From positions 161,913 to 216,421 of the forward strand of contig NW_015160308.1 of assembly GCF_001447785.1 (NCBI RefSeq): a DNA stretch of 54,509 bases. Direction: 5' to 3'. The stretch is from Gekko japonicus. Its lineage: Eukaryota. The position numbers were made by a program, and so were the translations under genes. Positions within the stretch are counted from its first letter, which is position 1, and each line of letters begins with the position of its first letter. Below are positions 51,868 through 54,509 of this stretch, piece by piece. The notes beneath the pieces were generated by a model. That model saw only the letters and a list, made by a program, of their open reading frames with translations. It made no database searches and was not told where the DNA came from.

Positions 51868-52445
51868 TGAAACAGTGACTCACAGGAGAAGAGGTTCTGC
51901 AGCATTCTGGACCAATGCCGGGGGCTGCTTGGTGGTAGTTTGAGTCTACTGAGACTCTGCTGGGGTTTCTTCCACCCTGTCTGGAAGCCAAGCCCTCTGC
52001 TGAAGAGGTCCTAGTTGCAGATATGTGACGGTGGGTGGTGGTTATGCAGTGTTGCCTAGAATTAGGCTATTGCTTTAATGCTCGGTGGTGGGCAATGTTC
52101 CCTCTAAGCTGTGGGGTCTTGTGAGCAAAAATTCTACTTTGTGAGCTACTGGCATTAAAGTTGTGAGCAAGAGATTTTGCTGCTGGATAAACTAGTTTCC
52201 TCTGGAGTCATCCTTCCTGAGCCAAGACAAAAACCTGTGAGCCAGAGGCTCAAAAACTGTGAGCTAGCTCACACTAACTCAGCTTAGAGGGAACACTGGT
52301 GGTGGGTCTGACCAAAGGACTGCCTTGCTCGGGGTTTGGCCACTGGAATGAAATTGGATGACGTATTTTAATCCTTGTGTTTGTCCCAGGCTTGGGAAAT
52401 AGCTTCATTGTTTTATATTTTGTGTAACAGTCCCCCCGAGACCTG

Positions 52446-52730
52446 GGGTGATTTCCCACAAGCGCTGCTCCGCGTTCACTCTTCTCTTTGGCCCGATGGT
52501 ACGTGTCAATTTCACACAAGCTGCTGCGCGGCTGCATTTTGCCTCGCAGCTTCGTGCGATTTCCCCCGTGTCTACTCAATCCTGTTTTTTGAGGACTGAG
52601 TAGACGCGGGGGAAATCGCACGAAGCTGCGGGGCAGAATGTGGGTGTGCAGCAGCTTGTGTGAAATTGACACGTACTATCGGGGCAAAAGGGAGGAGTGA
52701 GCGCGGAGCAGCACTTGTGGGAAATCACCC
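52446..52730. mobile_element. PIF/Harbinger-type palindromic MITE
   Basis: Long TIRs GGGTGATTTCCCACAAG/CTTGTGGGAAATCACCC and 3-bp TSD CTG. Related to the element at 20642. Confidence 0.8.
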
Positions 52731-53254
52731 CTGGTTAAAAGCCAGCAGTGTATATCTAGCCGGCATGTAATTTTTGGGGGGGTTGGGATTTGGGTGTGTG
52801 AAAGAGTACCTTTGCTTTCATATAGCTGTCGTTCCATTAACAACTTCAAACAACATTTGGTTTGGTGTAGTGGTTAAGTGTGCGGACTCTGATCTGGGAG
52901 AACCGGGTTTGATTCCCCACTCCTCCACTTGCAGCTGCTGGATGACCTTGGGCAAGCCATAGTTCTCTCAGAGCTGTTCTCTCAAGGACAATTCTGGAAA
53001 GAGCTCTCTCAGCCCCACCTACATCACAGGGTGTCTGTTGTGGGGGCGGGAAAGAAAAGGAATTTGTAAGGTGCTCTGAGACTCCGGTGAAGGGTGGAGT
53101 ATAAATTCAATCTCCTCCTCCTCTTCTTCCTCTTCTTTTTCTTCTTCTTTTTGCAAATTATTGAGTCCTAGAGTTAGAAGAAGGCTCCTAGTTCCCCTAA
53201 TACAAGCTTCTGCTTTATGCAGAAGGGCAAAAGCTAGAGCATCCTCAACAGATG

Positions 53255-53452
53255 AACACAGGAAGCTACCTAATTATGAATCAGAATATTGATCCACCAG
53301 AGTAATTACTGGCTACACAGAACTGACTCTGTCTCAGACAGAGGTCTTTCCCATCACTTATAACCTGATCCTTCAATGCAGACACCAGGGATTGAACCTG
53401 GGACCTTCTGCATACCAAACACATGCTCTGCCACTGAGCCAAACCTCTCCCC
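53255..53452 (-). mobile_element. tRNA-derived SINE (Squam2-like); copies at ~11640-12305 (interrupted), 44405-44605, 48640-48745
   Basis: Reverse strand GGGGAGAGGTTTGGCTCAGTGGCAGAGCA..GGTTCAATCCCTGG carries the A and B boxes. Confidence 0.65.
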
Positions 53453-53577
53453 AGATGGATGAGCAGGCTCTGCTTGAAGACTTTCAGCGAGAGCCCAAGG
53501 TAACTGGTTCCACTGACAATCTGCTCACTTCTCCTTCTCATGTTGCTTCCTCTCCTTTTCAGGTGAATCTACCAACC

Positions 53578-54423
53578 ATGGATCAGACGGAGTCATTCGA
53601 TAACACTCCTCAGCCTGTTGCTTCCCTCCCTGACTGGATGTCCGACCTACCTGACCACCTTTCCATTTCCAGGATCTCAATCCCTGGCACCCATGACACC
53701 ATGAGCCTTTTTGGTGGCTCAAACATACGCTGCCAGAGCTGGCCCCTTGAGGCTCAGCTAGAGGCCGGCATACGCTTCCTGGATATCCGCTGCAAACTGG
53801 AAGAGGGCCACTTCCTTATTTACCACGTCAATACTTACCAGGAGGCTGACTTTTCCACTGTCCTCAAAGTTACCTTGAGCTTCCTGAAGCGGCACCCGCG
53901 GGAGACAGTCCTCATGAGAGTCAAAGAGGAACTCCCCATTCTCCCCGATGCAGATTTCGGGCCCCGTTTGCGACGCTACCTGGATGAAGAAGGCCAAGGC
54001 CAAGTTTGGGTGAAAGAAGCCATTCCCACCTTGGGCGAGGCACGGGGGAAGATTGTCATCTTGGAGGAGCTGGAGAACGAGATCCTGGGGGTGCCCTACG
54101 AGGCCCTGAGCGTTGGCGACTCCTGGCACGTTCTCTCTGCAGAGTCCAAGTGGGATCGAGTTTTGGAGCACCTGGATACGGCAGAGACCACTAGCCATGC
54201 CACTCTGCACCTCACCTTTTGCTCCGGCAATGGGCTCTTCACCAACCCCGAGGAACTGGCCCAAGACATCAACCAACGCTGTTATGAACATCTGAAAGCC
54301 CAGGCTGGGAAAGCGGGGCGGTGGGGTGTGGTGATCATGGACTTTCCCGGTGCAGGACTTATCAGAAATATTGTGGAGAGTAACCTGAAAACGGGGAATG
54401 ATGACACAACTGCTCGGTTGTGA
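53578..54423 (+). CDS. Bacterial-type phosphatidylinositol-specific phospholipase C (1-phosphatidylinositol phosphodiesterase-like), complete single coding exon, 281 aa
   Basis: Motifs WMS..SIPGTHDT, QLEAGIRFLDIRC, IYH, ETVLMRVKEE, PTLGEARGKIVIL and GVVIMDFPG are typical of the Bacillus/Listeria PI-PLC catalytic domain. Kozak accATGG, preceded by a polypyrimidine + AG acceptor at 53561-53562. Confidence 0.9.
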   Translation: MDQTESFDNTPQPVASLPDWMSDLPDHLSISRISIPGTHDTMSLFGGSNIRCQSWPLEAQLEAGIRFLDIRCKLEEGHFLIYHVNTYQEADFSTVLKVTLSFLKRHPRETVLMRVKEELPILPDADFGPRLRRYLDEEGQGQVWVKEAIPTLGEARGKIVILEELENEILGVPYEALSVGDSWHVLSAESKWDRVLEHLDTAETTSHATLHLTFCSGNGLFTNPEELAQDINQRCYEHLKAQAGKAGRWGVVIMDFPGAGLIRNIVESNLKTGNDDTTARL

Positions 54424-54509
54424 TGAAACAATGACTCACAGGAGAAGAGGTTCTGCAACATTCTGGACAATACCGGGGGTTGCTTGGTGGTAGTTTGAGT
54501 CTACTGAGA

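Noticed and set aside
53392-53577. 343-aa version of PI-PLC from the ORF track
   Set aside because: It starts at TTG inside an antisense SINE and reads through a polypyrimidine tract. The ATG at 53578 is the better-supported start.
51202-54291. Duplicate 177-aa minus-strand ORFs
   Set aside because: Antisense shadows of the PI-PLC CDS.
51123-54423. Bacterial contamination as the source of PI-PLC
   Set aside because: The gene is contiguous with reptile SINEs and MITEs, and has a spliceosomal acceptor and Kozak context rather than an operon context.

Overview
Eukaryotic genomic DNA from a squamate reptile, most likely a gecko. This is inferred from Sauria/Squam1 SINEs, dense Squam3-like SINEs with (CTT)n tails, a 5S-derived SINE and a BovB LINE. 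The window is a draft scaffold with N-gaps. Host genes: (1) two tandem minus-strand HTATIP2 (TIP30/CC3, atypical SDR) paralogs, read as spliced exons. Copy A shows coding exons 1-3 and runs off the left edge. Copy B shows exons 2-5 with intact splice sites and frame, but the SDR Ser and Tyr of the S-YxxxK triad are replaced, and no exon 1 is visible. (2) Two near-identical plus-strand ORFs with no intron in the catalytic domain, encoding a bacterial-type phosphatidylinositol-specific phospholipase C (PI-PLC). One is complete; the other is 5'-truncated and fused in frame to a SINE. The rest is mostly transposon-derived: a full-length BovB with an intact 1009-aa ORF, a decayed Penelope-like element with a 14-bp TSD, Penelope pLTR remnants with degenerate hammerhead ribozyme motifs, solo LTRs, L1/RTE/CR1/Gypsy fragments, and many nested hAT- and Harbinger-type MITEs. 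Several near-identical local duplications could be assembly artefacts. Most short ORFs in the supplied track are spurious. Repeat-family names come from recalled motifs, not database searches, and repeat boundaries without a stated TSD are approximate.
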